Below, in pieces: positions 10,673 to 21,550 of a stretch of 64,000 nt of DNA. The DNA comes from Desulfatiglandales bacterium. Lineage in GTDB: Bacteria; Desulfobacterota; DSM-4660; Desulfatiglandales; Desulfatiglandaceae. The position numbers were made by a program, and so were the translations under genes. The DNA lies in the NCBI GenBank assembly GCA_963662465.1, contig OY759599.1, forward strand, positions 3,552,001-3,616,000. Direction: 5' to 3'. Every line of letters begins with the position of its first letter. The stretch's first letter is position 1. Under the pieces are notes generated by a model. The model saw nothing but the letters and a program-made list of their open reading frames with translations, searched no databases and was not told the origin of the DNA.

Positions 10673-11032
10673 TTGATATCAAACGATTCAGCAATTATGA
10701 CAAAACTGGACTATATTTCTCTTTTTCTGATCTTTTTTTCGGTGATTACGATCATTCTTGGCATCGTAAAAATCCATACCTACCCCGGAAAAATCGCCAA
10801 AGCACGAAACCATCCCCAGACCCAGGCCATTGAAGTCACGTCCCTTTTGGGCCTGATCATATTCCCCCTGTGGATGCTGGCGCTGGTTTGGGCCTACTCC
10901 GGCGCCGTCATCGGCGTCATGTACCCTAAAACCGATAACGAACATTCGACAGAACCTTTAAAAAATACCGATAAGCCTCCGGTTGACGCAACTGAAAATA
11001 ACGCAGCGCCGACTGAAAACAAAACGACTTGA
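10673..11032 (+). CDS. DUF3302 (YibI-like) membrane protein
   Basis: IHTYPGKIAKARNHPQ...LWMLALVWAY; precedes the HlyD gene. Confidence 0.75.
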   Translation: MISNDSAIMTKLDYISLFLIFFSVITIILGIVKIHTYPGKIAKARNHPQTQAIEVTSLLGLIIFPLWMLALVWAYSGAVIGVMYPKTDNEHSTEPLKNTDKPPVDATENNAAPTENKTT

Positions 11033-11047
11033 TTTGACCGAATCTTT

Positions 11048-12178
11048 ATGGAACTTCTGATCACAATCGCCTATTTTTTTCTTGTCCGCCTGATATTCTT
11101 CGATTTCAAATTGATGAAGTTCAACCTGTTCTGGAAATTTATTGTTTTCGGACTCTGGGTGGGGGCTCTATTGACGGAAATACTCATGCTGGGTCAATTT
11201 ACCCCCTACAGCAAGGAGGCCTTCGTTCAATCCTATGTGGTACAGATGGCGCCCGAATACGGAGGCCGGGTCAAGGAAGTTTTTATTACCTCCAATACCC
11301 CCATTAAAAAAGGCGACCCGCTCTTTCAGATGGACCCGGAGCCCTGGCAGAACAGGGTCGATGAATATGAGGCGCTTCTGGCATCCGCCGGAACTACCGT
11401 TCAGCAGCTGGGTCAGCAGATTGTGGAGGCCAGGGCGAATGGGGCACGCACCCGGGCGAATCTGAAGGGGGCACTTGCAAAGCACGAGATGATTTCAAGG
11501 GCGGCGGAAAAACAAGCCGTATCCAGAATCCACCTTGAAGAAATTGAACAACGGGTGGCGGCACTCAGGGCGCAACTCCAGGCAAACAAGGCGACCCTGC
11601 AAGAGGCGCAACTGGCCTTTGACTCGGAAGTCGGAGACCAACACACTGGCATCGCGGAAGTCCTGGCCAAACTGGCCACCGCAAAATACAACCTGAAAAA
11701 TTCCATCATACGCGCCCCATCGGACGGGTATGTTTCCAACCTGCAACTCTATCCAGGCGCCTTCATCCGCATCAAAAGCCCGGTGATGACCTTTATCAAC
11801 AGCGAGCAGTACTGGATTGCGGCCAAATTGGACCAGCGGGGCATTCAGAGAGTTAGCGTGGGAGATCATGCGGAAATTGCCTTTGATATGTATCCCGGGA
11901 AGGTTTTTCCCGCAAAAGTGGTCAGCGTCATCTGGGCCAATGGCAACGCTCAGGGCGTTCCCAGTGGACGGATTCCCAGGGAAGGCACTGTTAGCGGCGG
12001 CTTTGATTTTATGGTGCGGCTTCATTTGACGGAAAATCATCCGGACTATCCGGTCCGGTTCGGGGCCAGCGGACTGGTGGCGGTATTCACCCATGAGGCC
12101 CCCGACTTTCTGGTGTTGCTGCGACAGATTGAAATCCACTCGGAAAGTTATCTTAAATATCTTTTCAACCCATTTTAA
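11048..12178 (+). CDS. HlyD-family membrane fusion protein (YibH-like)
   Basis: N-terminal TM, lipoyl half-motifs (VKEV...KKGDPLF; IRAPSDGYV), coiled coil. Confidence 0.88.
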   Translation: MELLITIAYFFLVRLIFFDFKLMKFNLFWKFIVFGLWVGALLTEILMLGQFTPYSKEAFVQSYVVQMAPEYGGRVKEVFITSNTPIKKGDPLFQMDPEPWQNRVDEYEALLASAGTTVQQLGQQIVEARANGARTRANLKGALAKHEMISRAAEKQAVSRIHLEEIEQRVAALRAQLQANKATLQEAQLAFDSEVGDQHTGIAEVLAKLATAKYNLKNSIIRAPSDGYVSNLQLYPGAFIRIKSPVMTFINSEQYWIAAKLDQRGIQRVSVGDHAEIAFDMYPGKVFPAKVVSVIWANGNAQGVPSGRIPREGTVSGGFDFMVRLHLTENHPDYPVRFGASGLVAVFTHEAPDFLVLLRQIEIHSESYLKYLFNPF

Positions 12179-12221
12179 ATCATCATGAATTGATTTTCGG
12201 CGCAAGAAGGGTAAAACGGCA

Positions 12222-13682
12222 ATGTTCAGGGCAAGGACGACCATTCCAATTATCACATTTTTGATAGCCATCGCCTTTTCATCGAGCTGCGCGCCTGTCG
12301 GGCCCAACTACCGGAAGCCGGAAATCAAAACCCCGGATGCATGGCATGAAAAGGTGACGGAAGAGATGTCGAAACAGTCCGGCGCCTCTCTTCAAACCTG
12401 GTGGACCATTTTTGAAGACCCGCTACTAAACGATCTCATCGAGCAGGCTCGCCAATCCAACCTGAATCTGAAAATTGCCCTATCCGGCATTGCCGCATCG
12501 CGCGCCCGTCTGGGTATTGCCTCCGGCCAGGAACTGCCAGATGCCAATGCCCTGGGGTCCTTTTCCCGATTCAAGCACAGCGACAAAGGCCCACTGAAAC
12601 AACTGGCCCCCACGAACGGATTTGACGGCCAGAATATGTTTATGGTGGGAGTGGACGCATTATGGGAAGTTGATGTGTTCGGCAGAATACGACGTCAGAT
12701 CGAAGCCGCGGGCGCCCAGTATGAAGCCTCTATCGAAGACTATCGGGACGTTCTGGTAACGCTTTTTGCCGATGTGGCCCTGGCCTATGTGGAGATACGC
12801 TCCTGTCAACGTCAAATTGAATGCGCCGTAACCAATGCCGCCATTCAACGCAAAATGCTGGAGTTAACCCGGGCCCGTTACGACAGCGGCATCGCCTCCA
12901 GGCTGGATACCTCCCAGGCCATGAGCAATTTGGCCAATACGGAAGCGGCCATCCCCCCCCTGACCATCCAGCTCAATGCAGCCATCAACAGACTGGCTGT
13001 TCTAATAGGCAAGGATGCCGGCGGCCTTCAGCACAAGATGAAAAAACCCGAACGTATCCCCTTTCCAAGAACGGACATCAGCGTCGGCGTCCCGGCAGAC
13101 CTCCTGCGCCAAAGACCGGATATTCGAATAGCGGAAAAACGGCTGGCAGCTCAGACCGCGTTGATTGGCGCCGCCACGGCGGACCTCTATCCCCGATTTG
13201 CCATTTCAGGGTTTTTCGGCATGGAAACCGGAAACTTTTCAGACCTGGGAGACGGCTCAATTCTGGCGTGGGGGGTTAAAACGCCTATCAAATGGAATTT
13301 TTTCAGTGGCGGCAAAACCCGCAGTAACATCGCCCTTCAAAAGGAAATTGCTCAACAGGATCTGTTCAAATATGAAAACACGGTACTCACGGCAATAGAG
13401 GAAGTAAGAAATGCCATTGTGGCCCACGCTCAGGAGAAGATTCGGCGCAACTGGCTGCTTGCGGCAGTTACAGCAACCCGTGAAGCCGTGGATCTGGTCA
13501 TTGTGCAGTATGAAACAGGGCTAACCGATTTCAACAACGTCCTGGTGACCCAAAAAACCCTATTCAACCAGCAGGTTCAGCTGATCGCCAGCCAGGCCGG
13601 CGTGGTGCTTAACCTGATCCGTCTCTACAAAGCCCTTGGGGGCGGGTGGCCCATTAAGGATTCGCCGGAATCCAGCCCATGA
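12222..13682 (+). CDS. Efflux outer-membrane lipoprotein (NodT/TolC family)
   Basis: Lipobox SSC, PADLLRQRPDI, LYKALGGGW. Confidence 0.92.
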   Translation: MFRARTTIPIITFLIAIAFSSSCAPVGPNYRKPEIKTPDAWHEKVTEEMSKQSGASLQTWWTIFEDPLLNDLIEQARQSNLNLKIALSGIAASRARLGIASGQELPDANALGSFSRFKHSDKGPLKQLAPTNGFDGQNMFMVGVDALWEVDVFGRIRRQIEAAGAQYEASIEDYRDVLVTLFADVALAYVEIRSCQRQIECAVTNAAIQRKMLELTRARYDSGIASRLDTSQAMSNLANTEAAIPPLTIQLNAAINRLAVLIGKDAGGLQHKMKKPERIPFPRTDISVGVPADLLRQRPDIRIAEKRLAAQTALIGAATADLYPRFAISGFFGMETGNFSDLGDGSILAWGVKTPIKWNFFSGGKTRSNIALQKEIAQQDLFKYENTVLTAIEEVRNAIVAHAQEKIRRNWLLAAVTATREAVDLVIVQYETGLTDFNNVLVTQKTLFNQQVQLIASQAGVVLNLIRLYKALGGGWPIKDSPESSP

Positions 13683-13713
13683 AATAAACAACCATCAGGG
13701 TAGACAGCGGCGG

Positions 13714-14625
13714 CTATGGAGAAAAGTACCGAACCAGGGCACGCTTTCTACCGCTGATCCGCTGGTATTTTTCATTGGGATATCCCAGTGCGATAACCGC
13801 ATAGGGTGTCTCACCATGGGACATACCGATTCCTTCAGGAATCCGCCGGTCTCGTTTCATGGCCTCAACGGCAAATCCGATGAGACAGGCGCCAAGACCC
13901 ATAACATGGGCGGAAAGGAGGATGTTCTGGGTGGCCAGAAGAGCATCTTCGGCTGGGCAGGAGGCATCTTTTCCGGAACCCACCACAATGGCCGCCGGGG
14001 CGCCGTGAAAAAGCAGGTCCTTGCCGCCATTTTCCCATGTTTCAAGACCTTCGCGGATGGTTTCATAGTAGTTCTGAAAATAGTTTTCAAGCGCTGGCTT
14101 GCCCAATAGCCGCAACGCTTTCCTGAGACAGATATTATCAGCGGTTCGGTTCAGTTTCCTGAAAAAATCGCCGACTCTCCTGACCAAATGCAGCACCGCG
14201 GGTCGATCAGGAAGGATGGTGAAAGTCCACTGTTGGGAGTTGGTGCCCGAGGGGGCTGAAATCCCGATTTTCACCAGGTCCTCCAGGATATCCCTTGGAA
14301 CCGGGTTCGTTCGATAGTTTCTGCAGGAACGTCTCGATTGCATGAGATTGACCAGTTCCCGGATGTTTCCTTTTCCGAAGGGCAACCACGCTGACTTTCC
14401 TTCAAAAGTCTTGAAAGTGGATAAATCCGGATCAAGTGCCCCCACCCGCACCGCACTGGTGGGGCATACGGCCTGGCAATGGCCGCAATTAAGAGACAGG
14501 GCGCCCGTGACCCATGCCTTTTTTCCTTTCATGGTGATGGTGTCGGATGGGCAAACCGCCACACAGCGGCCGCATCCGTTACAGAGGATTTCATCAATCG
14601 TGGTGGTGACGCTTCTGTCCATCAT
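13714..14625 (-). CDS. Nitroreductase with N-terminal 2x[4Fe-4S] ferredoxin domain
   Basis: CNGCGRCVAVCP, CGHCQAVCP, SRRSCRNY, APSGTNSQ. Confidence 0.9.
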   Translation of the reverse strand: MMDRSVTTTIDEILCNGCGRCVAVCPSDTITMKGKKAWVTGALSLNCGHCQAVCPTSAVRVGALDPDLSTFKTFEGKSAWLPFGKGNIRELVNLMQSRRSCRNYRTNPVPRDILEDLVKIGISAPSGTNSQQWTFTILPDRPAVLHLVRRVGDFFRKLNRTADNICLRKALRLLGKPALENYFQNYYETIREGLETWENGGKDLLFHGAPAAIVVGSGKDASCPAEDALLATQNILLSAHVMGLGACLIGFAVEAMKRDRRIPEGIGMSHGETPYAVIALGYPNEKYQRISGRKRALVRYFSP

Positions 14626-14714
14626 AGCAACACCTACATAACATGGCCCTGCCGCTTCAACGGCTTCACCTCGGCCTATCCTTCAGGTTTCTATCAGGGG
14701 TTGACTGACGTCAA

Positions 14715-15200
14715 CTATTTTTTCCATTCAGTGGATAATGGGGGCGTCATAACAGGGGGGGCTTGATCTTTGTGAAACCAACCGCCCATAGTCATCCGTA
14801 GCTCTTCATAATTCTTGAAATCGTGAAGATTCTGCCTTATTTCATCAACGGATTGTGCCTGTTTAAGCCCGGTTCGCCATGCCTTTTTTTCGACTGTGCC
14901 GATTATCAAGTAATTGTTGCCAACATCTTGAGGCATCCGTTGGGAAAATAATAGAGTCAAGTGATGCTCAATTTCATGTTTGTGCCCGATAAGTAGATCA
15001 CAATGAGAACAATACCGGTTGGTATAATTAAGGGATATTAAATTCATAGGATCGACATGAATGAGTAGCGGGAGCTTCCTCTGGCCTGTTTTGCTCTCAC
15101 AAATCGGGCATTTTGAGAATTTTAAATCCGGATAGGGGTTAAGGGAAAAACTATATTCAGGAGCCAATTGACCAAAGTGCTTTCGTTCCGCCTTCGCCAT
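14715..15200 (-). CDS. Hypothetical protein with two CxxC motifs
   Basis: 161-aa ORF with SD AGAGG; CPIC and CSHC. Confidence 0.6.
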   Translation of the reverse strand: MAKAERKHFGQLAPEYSFSLNPYPDLKFSKCPICESKTGQRKLPLLIHVDPMNLISLNYTNRYCSHCDLLIGHKHEIEHHLTLLFSQRMPQDVGNNYLIIGTVEKKAWRTGLKQAQSVDEIRQNLHDFKNYEELRMTMGGWFHKDQAPPVMTPPLSTEWKK

Positions 15201-16105
15201 AATACCTCTCTTTTACATTACTTTTTTCATTTTACGATTGCAGCGCAAACAAAACTGGAACGACTGTCCATCAGTATCCTTTTCATAACGGCATTGGTCA
15301 TAATAATTCAGTTTGCATTTGGGACAAGCAAATACAATGGATATTCTGCATATAAAACATCTCGAAAGCTCTATTTCGGTTTGCCGGGATATCCCAGTGT
15401 TTCCAACGCCGCATATGCCGCATCATAAATAGAATCGTAACACAGCTTAAATGATTTCATTCCGTTGCTCAGATCCCAGAGGGGCAAATAGACAACCACT
15501 GAGACCTCGTTATCTGGATTGTATGCCATCAAGGAAAGGTTTCCCACCCTGGCGCCATTGTGACCATAACCCAGATTCTCACGATATTCGCAACCCAGGG
15601 CATATGAAGGGTTGCTTTCGGAAACATCGTGCTGCATTAGATGAACGGTCTCTTCCTGAAGGACATTTTCCCCACACATTAGACTGCGGATATACCGGTT
15701 CACTTGACTCATTGTGCCATAACCGTTGCCTTCAGCCACCTGTGCACTCATATTCGCTTCGCAAACTACCCCTGTTTCGCTTCCCGCGTAAATGGTTCCG
15801 CACACATACGGCTCCGGCATAATCTGGTCTGTGGCAAGATAGGGAAAACCCATATCCAGGGGCACCGGAGAGGTTCCGCCTGTTATATTTTCATTCAGAT
15901 AGTCGGTGTAGGTCTTTGGGCTGTCAGATCGAAAAGAATAGACCCTGGCTATGATTTCACCCAGCATGGAATATCCCGTGTTACTGTAATGATAACCTTC
16001 CCCTGGAAAAAAATAAGAAAGCTGATTTATGGCTGCCTGCCCTACCAATTCATCCGCGGTAAACTGGTGATTGGGATCATTTAAAGTTACGTATTCAGTG
16101 TAAGT

Positions 16106-18715
16106 CCAGAGTTCCTGGTAAATGACCTTTACGCAACTTAACTGTTTGAAATCGTTATACTGGAGCTTCTCATAATTTCGTGTGCATTTCAGATTTTAGT
16201 GCAGCGTAACTAGCTGAAAATATTAGGTGGGGCAAAATATTTTTTTTATTGACAAATGAAAACTGAAAAATTATCTTCAGACCATGATTGTCAAAACAGA
16301 AAAAATTAGCGACCTATCCATATGGACCGAGCGGGATTGGAAGGAAAAAATCACTGTTACGGTTTATCATGAGTATCGTCCTGTCGTCAGTTTCGATCCT
16401 GGGAAGATAAATGATAGGAGACTCGCTGCCGTACAACTTGTCGAGCTTGGTTATTGTAAAAACCGGGTTGCCGGTAAAATCTGTGGGTTTCACCGCAATA
16501 CGGTTGGCAAACTGCTTCGCACCAAAAGACTTTTAGGTGTTGAGGCCATATTTGAGGACAACCGTGGTCCCAAGGCTCCCTGGAAATATATTGGCAGCAT
16601 TCGCAAAACCATCAAAAAACTTATCCGCGAGAATCCTGACTGGACTGACCAGCAGATTGCAAATGCCGCGGAAAAGCAAACTGAAACGACTATTTCGAGA
16701 AGTGCTGTAGCTCGTATCAGAACCGCGGACCAAGATGCAGAAACTGAAAAGCCTACAAAGCATGACTTGGAGCAACTGGCTAAAATTGCGGATAGTATTG
16801 ATTTGAAGCAACACGACGAGCGACAGCTTTCTTTCAACTTTGAGGCTGATTCTGAGTTCAAAAAGAAGGTAGATGAATTTGCTGATGAGGATACACCCAA
16901 GCCACAAACCGATACAGATAAAGTATTCCTGGATTATCTTCAACAGGGACAACGCAATGTCTTTGCCGGCATGCTTCTTCACCATCTGTTTTTAGATTAT
17001 ATCAACTTCCCAAATGCCTTTGATTTGCCTTCTTATTCCAATAATATGTATGATAATTATGAAGTGATGGAAACTGTCCTTTTCGGGTTGAACATCGGGT
17101 TGCCATCTATCGAATCCCATAAGCTGGTCAACAGTAGGGACATGGGGCTTTTGCTGGGACGAACCAGTTCCCCCGATGAGACCACTATTCGGTTGCGTTT
17201 AAAACAGATGGCCGAGTTCAAGCCCTCAGAGAGCCTGATAGATTATTTCGCAAACCTGTTTCTATCGTTGGGGTTCATCAACCCAGAGGTGTTTTTTATC
17301 GATGGGCACTTCCTTCCCTATTATGGACTGAAAGTTCTATCCAAAGGCTACCATACCGTGAGACGAATTGTCATGAAAGGAAACGAGATTTATGTTGTCA
17401 GCGACCTTGACGGGAAGCCTTTCTTTTCAATTACCGAAGGGTGTGATATCGATTTCAGGCCGATCATCATAAGAGCGGCCGACAAGATAATCAGCCTGGG
17501 TGTCGACCGCCCCATTGTGGTTTTTGATCGCGGTGGTTATGGTGTTCACTTTTTCAGTCAATTATCGAAAAGGGCTGACTTTATTACGTGGGCCAGGTAT
17601 GTGAAAAAAGATGAATTGAAAGACTTGGAATATACGAGCTGCTTGATGTTTAATGGGAAAAGATATCTCATTGCCGAGAAAACAAAACTGATTCGTGAAT
17701 CGATTTCTACAGCTGCCAAAGAAGGCCGAACAGAGGCAACTTCGACAGAAGTACGTATGGTTGTTTTCAAGGAATTGGACAAGGATAGACCTGTGGCAAT
17801 ATATACCAGCAATCATCAAAAGCCTGCTCCTGATATTGCCGCATATATGCTTTCACGATGGGGAGAGTCTGAAAACTTTTTCAAAGAGATGATGTCCCTG
17901 TACAACTTCAATTATCATCCCGGTTATGATCTTAAAGAACTTGAAGAACAGCCTCTTGTAGATAATCCTGAGGTAAAAACAATCAAAAAAACGATCAAGG
18001 GAATTAAACAAAAGATGGGGCAATTGGCGCTTGCAAAACAACAAACAGAGTCCAAAATAGAAGCACGAAAAGATCTTCGTCTTAAAAAAAAGCTAAACAC
18101 GCTCCAGGAAGAGATAGAGAAATACGACAAAGAGCTTGACGGTTTTCAGGCAGCCTTAAAAGAAATGCCTGACAAAGTATCGATAATTGAAGTGCTGAAA
18201 GGCAGACCAATGAACAAGGCAGATCTGGAGAAAAAGAAGCTCTACGACCTGATACAAATGATTGCCTTTCACTCACGCGAGCATCTGGTTGGCCTGTTCC
18301 GTTCATGTTATGATGATCCGCGGGATGTGAAACAGATCCTGACAAAGGTCACAAAACTCCCTGGTTATGTGAAATTAGTCGGGAAAACACTTGTTGTGCT
18401 TTTAGATTGGATAGAGGACAAAAAGCATCGGAAGGCAGCAACAAGATTTTGCCATCTGATAAACACTATGTCGCCCAAATTGAGAGGTCGCATGGAGTTC
18501 GACCTTTATTTTCGCATCTCCTCAATCCCTCAAGTGGGTTATTGCTGTTAAAGCCTTGCTCATCGTTTCAGCCATCCTACGCAGGGTATCGTGTTTCGAC
18601 CACATGTAGGGGCGAAAAATCTTTCGCCCTAATGGCCGAAACAATGATCAAGGCCGCTGTTGAACTAAATGCACAATTTGAATTGAGAAAAAACGTCATT
18701 TACTATGATGTCTGG
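16106..18715 (+). mobile_element. Insertion sequence (2610 bp) of unassigned family, with 21-bp imperfect TIRs and 5-bp TSD TAAGT
   Basis: Left CCAGAGTTCCTGGTAAATGAC versus right reverse complement CCAGACATCATAGTAAATGAC (17/21); TAAGT at 16101-16105 and 18716-18720. Confidence 0.9.
16284..18551 (+). CDS. Large DDE transposase (755 aa) with N-terminal HTH and coiled-coil insertion
   Basis: FIDGH, VFDRGGY, SRWGESENFFK motifs; the only long ORF inside the TIRs. Confidence 0.8.
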   Translation: MIVKTEKISDLSIWTERDWKEKITVTVYHEYRPVVSFDPGKINDRRLAAVQLVELGYCKNRVAGKICGFHRNTVGKLLRTKRLLGVEAIFEDNRGPKAPWKYIGSIRKTIKKLIRENPDWTDQQIANAAEKQTETTISRSAVARIRTADQDAETEKPTKHDLEQLAKIADSIDLKQHDERQLSFNFEADSEFKKKVDEFADEDTPKPQTDTDKVFLDYLQQGQRNVFAGMLLHHLFLDYINFPNAFDLPSYSNNMYDNYEVMETVLFGLNIGLPSIESHKLVNSRDMGLLLGRTSSPDETTIRLRLKQMAEFKPSESLIDYFANLFLSLGFINPEVFFIDGHFLPYYGLKVLSKGYHTVRRIVMKGNEIYVVSDLDGKPFFSITEGCDIDFRPIIIRAADKIISLGVDRPIVVFDRGGYGVHFFSQLSKRADFITWARYVKKDELKDLEYTSCLMFNGKRYLIAEKTKLIRESISTAAKEGRTEATSTEVRMVVFKELDKDRPVAIYTSNHQKPAPDIAAYMLSRWGESENFFKEMMSLYNFNYHPGYDLKELEEQPLVDNPEVKTIKKTIKGIKQKMGQLALAKQQTESKIEARKDLRLKKKLNTLQEEIEKYDKELDGFQAALKEMPDKVSIIEVLKGRPMNKADLEKKKLYDLIQMIAFHSREHLVGLFRSCYDDPRDVKQILTKVTKLPGYVKLVGKTLVVLLDWIEDKKHRKAATRFCHLINTMSPKLRGRMEFDLYFRISSIPQVGYCC

Positions 18716-19299
18716 TAAGTCATGCCGTCACATCCGGGCACAACATTATTGTCTACATCGTAAACGCCGGCGCTGTGTTGCAACAGCTGTTCGATTGTGA
18801 TGTCTTCCTTGAAAGGGACATCCCAATTTGACGTATCGGGGACATAGGAAAGGTTAGTGCCGGGTATTATTTCAACAACGCGATCTTTTATGTCCAACCA
18901 TCCATCCTGATGCATCTTCAATATGGCTGCGCCTGTGAAGTTCTTGGTATTGCTTGCGAAACGAAAATACGTATCTTCTGTGATTGCCTGAGCTGGGATA
19001 TCCGAAGCAGAAACAAAAATGGTTTCATTCACAGTTTGAATAATCAGATTGAGGGAAGGAACTTTATTCCCCAAATTAGCGGCCAGACTTCCTCGGACCT
19101 CGTTCACCGCAAATAGCACCCTGGCCTGTTTTGAAGAGGAACTGGAATCAGATCCACTACATGAGTAAATCAACAGCACAGCAGCAAACAACAATACAAA
19201 ACCCAACACGCGCTTGTTTTTTGAAAGCCCACACATAAAATTCCTCCCTATTTTTTCGAACGTCATACAACCCAACCCGTTTTTAAAATAAGCCTTTTC

Positions 19300-19410
19300 C
19301 TCAACAACCGCCTGTTTGCCTTTTCCAGTCCGGCAACCTTGATCAGTTATGCGGCCACCTTTGCGGTTACATTTCTCATGAGTCTTTATCTACAGTTCAT
19401 CAGGGGATCA
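19300..19410 (+). pseudogene. Short internal remnant of an MFS (DHA2-like) transporter gene
   Basis: Translates as NRLFAFSSPATLISYAATFAVTFLMSLYLQFIRG, resembling a 14-TMS MFS internal segment; no flanking ORF. Confidence 0.45.
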
Positions 19411-19522
19411 GGAATGAAATTCCTTCCCCCAAACCCGCTCCTCGCCGTTATTACGGGGGAGCAGGCCAGGAACCATAACCCCACCAAGGGTCATAAACGA
19501 ACGTTCCCATATTCTCCGTTTT

Positions 19523-20359
19523 TCAAAGGAATATCTTTGTAAACGGGCGTTCGTCAAACCGCTTTGCCTTGCCTCTGATAAGTTCTTCCACCGGGGAAAG
19601 ATCAGCTATGATTGCCTCTTCAGGACAATCCCGTACACATTGAAAACAGCAAATACAATTTTCACCGAATTTTGGATAAGGCGAAAGCGTAATGGCCTGA
19701 ACCGGACAAATTTCAGCACATACCCCGCACTCCGTACACAGTTCCTCGTTTATCTCCTTCTTCGGCATGTGTTCTTTGGCTTTCGCAAAAGTCACTTTTT
19801 CCATCTCGGCATGAACTTTTTCAGGCTGATACGCCAGGTCTGACAGGGACATAACTTCGGAGGATCCAGCCCCCATCTTTTTCAACACCCCGTTTACCAA
19901 CGCCTGAATTAACCGATCATCCTCCTCATCCGGATGGCCTTCACCCAAAGGATTTTGACATCGCCACATCATTGAATGAAGCGATAGTACCTTGCCCGCT
20001 CCGACAAGAGAGAAACCCTTGGCCGTCAGCGCTTTTCCCATGTCGTGAAGAGCAATGCCACTGCCGGCCCCGCCCCAGGTGACAAACGGAACGGCACGGA
20101 TATCCGCATTTTCAGGCAGGTCTGAAATAAACCGCATGATAGGCAAAACCGGACGATTCGAATATACCGGAGAGCCGACAAACAGACAAACTTTTCCGTT
20201 TTTAACCTCGTTGATAACCGAAGAACCGTCATCACCTTTTCCCAGGTCAGCAGATAAAACACTCACACCAAGATCTTCCAGTTCTTTCTCAATGACCTGA
20301 GCCACATGGCGGGTTGAGCCTCCGGGCGAGCAATAAACAACAGCAGCTTTCTCTAGCAT
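19523..20359 (-). CDS. EFR1-like flavodoxin-ferredoxin fusion protein
   Basis: YCSPGGST flavodoxin loop; CTECGVCAEICP and CICCFQCVRDCP. Confidence 0.85.
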   Translation of the reverse strand: MLEKAAVVYCSPGGSTRHVAQVIEKELEDLGVSVLSADLGKGDDGSSVINEVKNGKVCLFVGSPVYSNRPVLPIMRFISDLPENADIRAVPFVTWGGAGSGIALHDMGKALTAKGFSLVGAGKVLSLHSMMWRCQNPLGEGHPDEEDDRLIQALVNGVLKKMGAGSSEVMSLSDLAYQPEKVHAEMEKVTFAKAKEHMPKKEINEELCTECGVCAEICPVQAITLSPYPKFGENCICCFQCVRDCPEEAIIADLSPVEELIRGKAKRFDERPFTKIFL

Positions 20360-20539
20360 CCTAATCTCCTTTTTTAATTTTGATATATTAAAAAATACCG
20401 GGCAGGGCGGTGGTTCGGCGATTTTTTACTATATCGTACGTCCTCTTTTGCTCCCATATGCGAATGGGATCGCCCATTATAAGGGCCTGTCAAATAAAAA
20501 GCCACCAAAATGAACTACTCGCCGTAAGTAGGTTTCCCC

Positions 20540-20819
20540 CTATAATGCACTGCGTATTCGATTGAATTCTTCACAGGCCACGACCAGTGAATTCGGGGGC
20601 AATTCGAGTTGTATATTCTCTCTGCAATAATCTACAAGACTGTCGATAAAGGGATGTACATCCTTTAGCACAGAGATCTTGCCATACTTTTTTTTGTAGG
20701 TTTCCTTGTCCGCTTCATTAACATTCTCGCCATGCAGGTAGGCTATCCAAGTCTCAATATGCCATTTGGGTATGATGTAGGCTATTGGCTCAGTATTGTT
20801 TCTGGGATGCTTTACTCAT
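20540..20819 (-). pseudogene. Internally deleted partner gene of the AAA ATPase (DUF4276/TOPRIM-like C-terminus)
   Basis: ATG at 20819 overlaps the ATPase end and stops after 9 codons; another frame reads PIAYIIPKWHIETWIAYLHGE...ACEEFNRIRSAL*. Confidence 0.5.
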
Positions 20820-21486
20820 TTTCCCACCCCCTCGCCATAACTTCCGCCGTCGGCAAATCGGCTACTTTGGGGAAAGGATTTACGACAACATGCGCCCCCG
20901 CCTGTCTGGAAAACCACAGCTCCTCGCCTCTTGCCATCTTGTTTACAATTTCAGGATGATGAGATATGATCGGAGCCTGTTTGTCTTGTTCATCGCATAT
21001 GTCGTTAAGGCTTTCAAGCCAGGGTTGGATTGCTCGAATTGAAACGAAGTTGTCCGGCTCATCAAATAGCACTGTCGAAAAGGTTCCAGCGCGCAACGCT
21101 TCCAAAACCGTATAGAGAACGATCAATTGACGTTGACCGTCGGACATATTCATGAAGTCGAAGTTGCGGTCTTTGCCCCCGATGCGAAATGTCGCCGTCA
21201 ATTTTCGAGATTCGCCGATTTCTCTGAGGCTCAACTGTTCGAAACCTGGGAGAACGTCTTCCAGGAGTTGTTTTGCCCCATAACCAATAGAGGGTTGTTC
21301 CTGTAAGAGATGGCGGTACCACTGGGCAAAATTTTTTCCATGTTCCGATAGCTTGCGCGATTCGGATGCAGCGGCGTCTTTTACAACCAATGGAACCGGC
21401 TGAATCAGAAGAATCTTTTCAAGTTCTTCCCTGAACCGGATTAAAGGCTTGTTGTCGTCACGTTGTGCAATTGAAGGAGATGTCAA
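20812..21486 (-). pseudogene. C-terminal half of an AAA/ABC-type ATPase (AAA_21-like)
   Basis: MSDGQR signature, LFDEPDN Walker B and ISHHPE H-loop are present; Walker A is absent. Confidence 0.7.
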
Positions 21487-21550
21487 GACTTTTCAAGGGT
21501 ATGACAGAGGGTATCTGAGATAAGCGAAAAGTGGCGCTCATTGCACGGAT

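Larger units (their letters stand above)
15371..19236 (-). pseudogene. Serine hydrolase (beta-lactamase/PBP-like) lipoprotein gene split by an IS
   Basis: 5' part has lipobox LIYSC, FASNTK (SxxK) and LLQHSAG; 3' part has YSNTGY and GHNG. Removing 16106-18715 plus one TAAGT restores ...DGMTYTEYVTLNDPNH... in frame. Confidence 0.9.
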
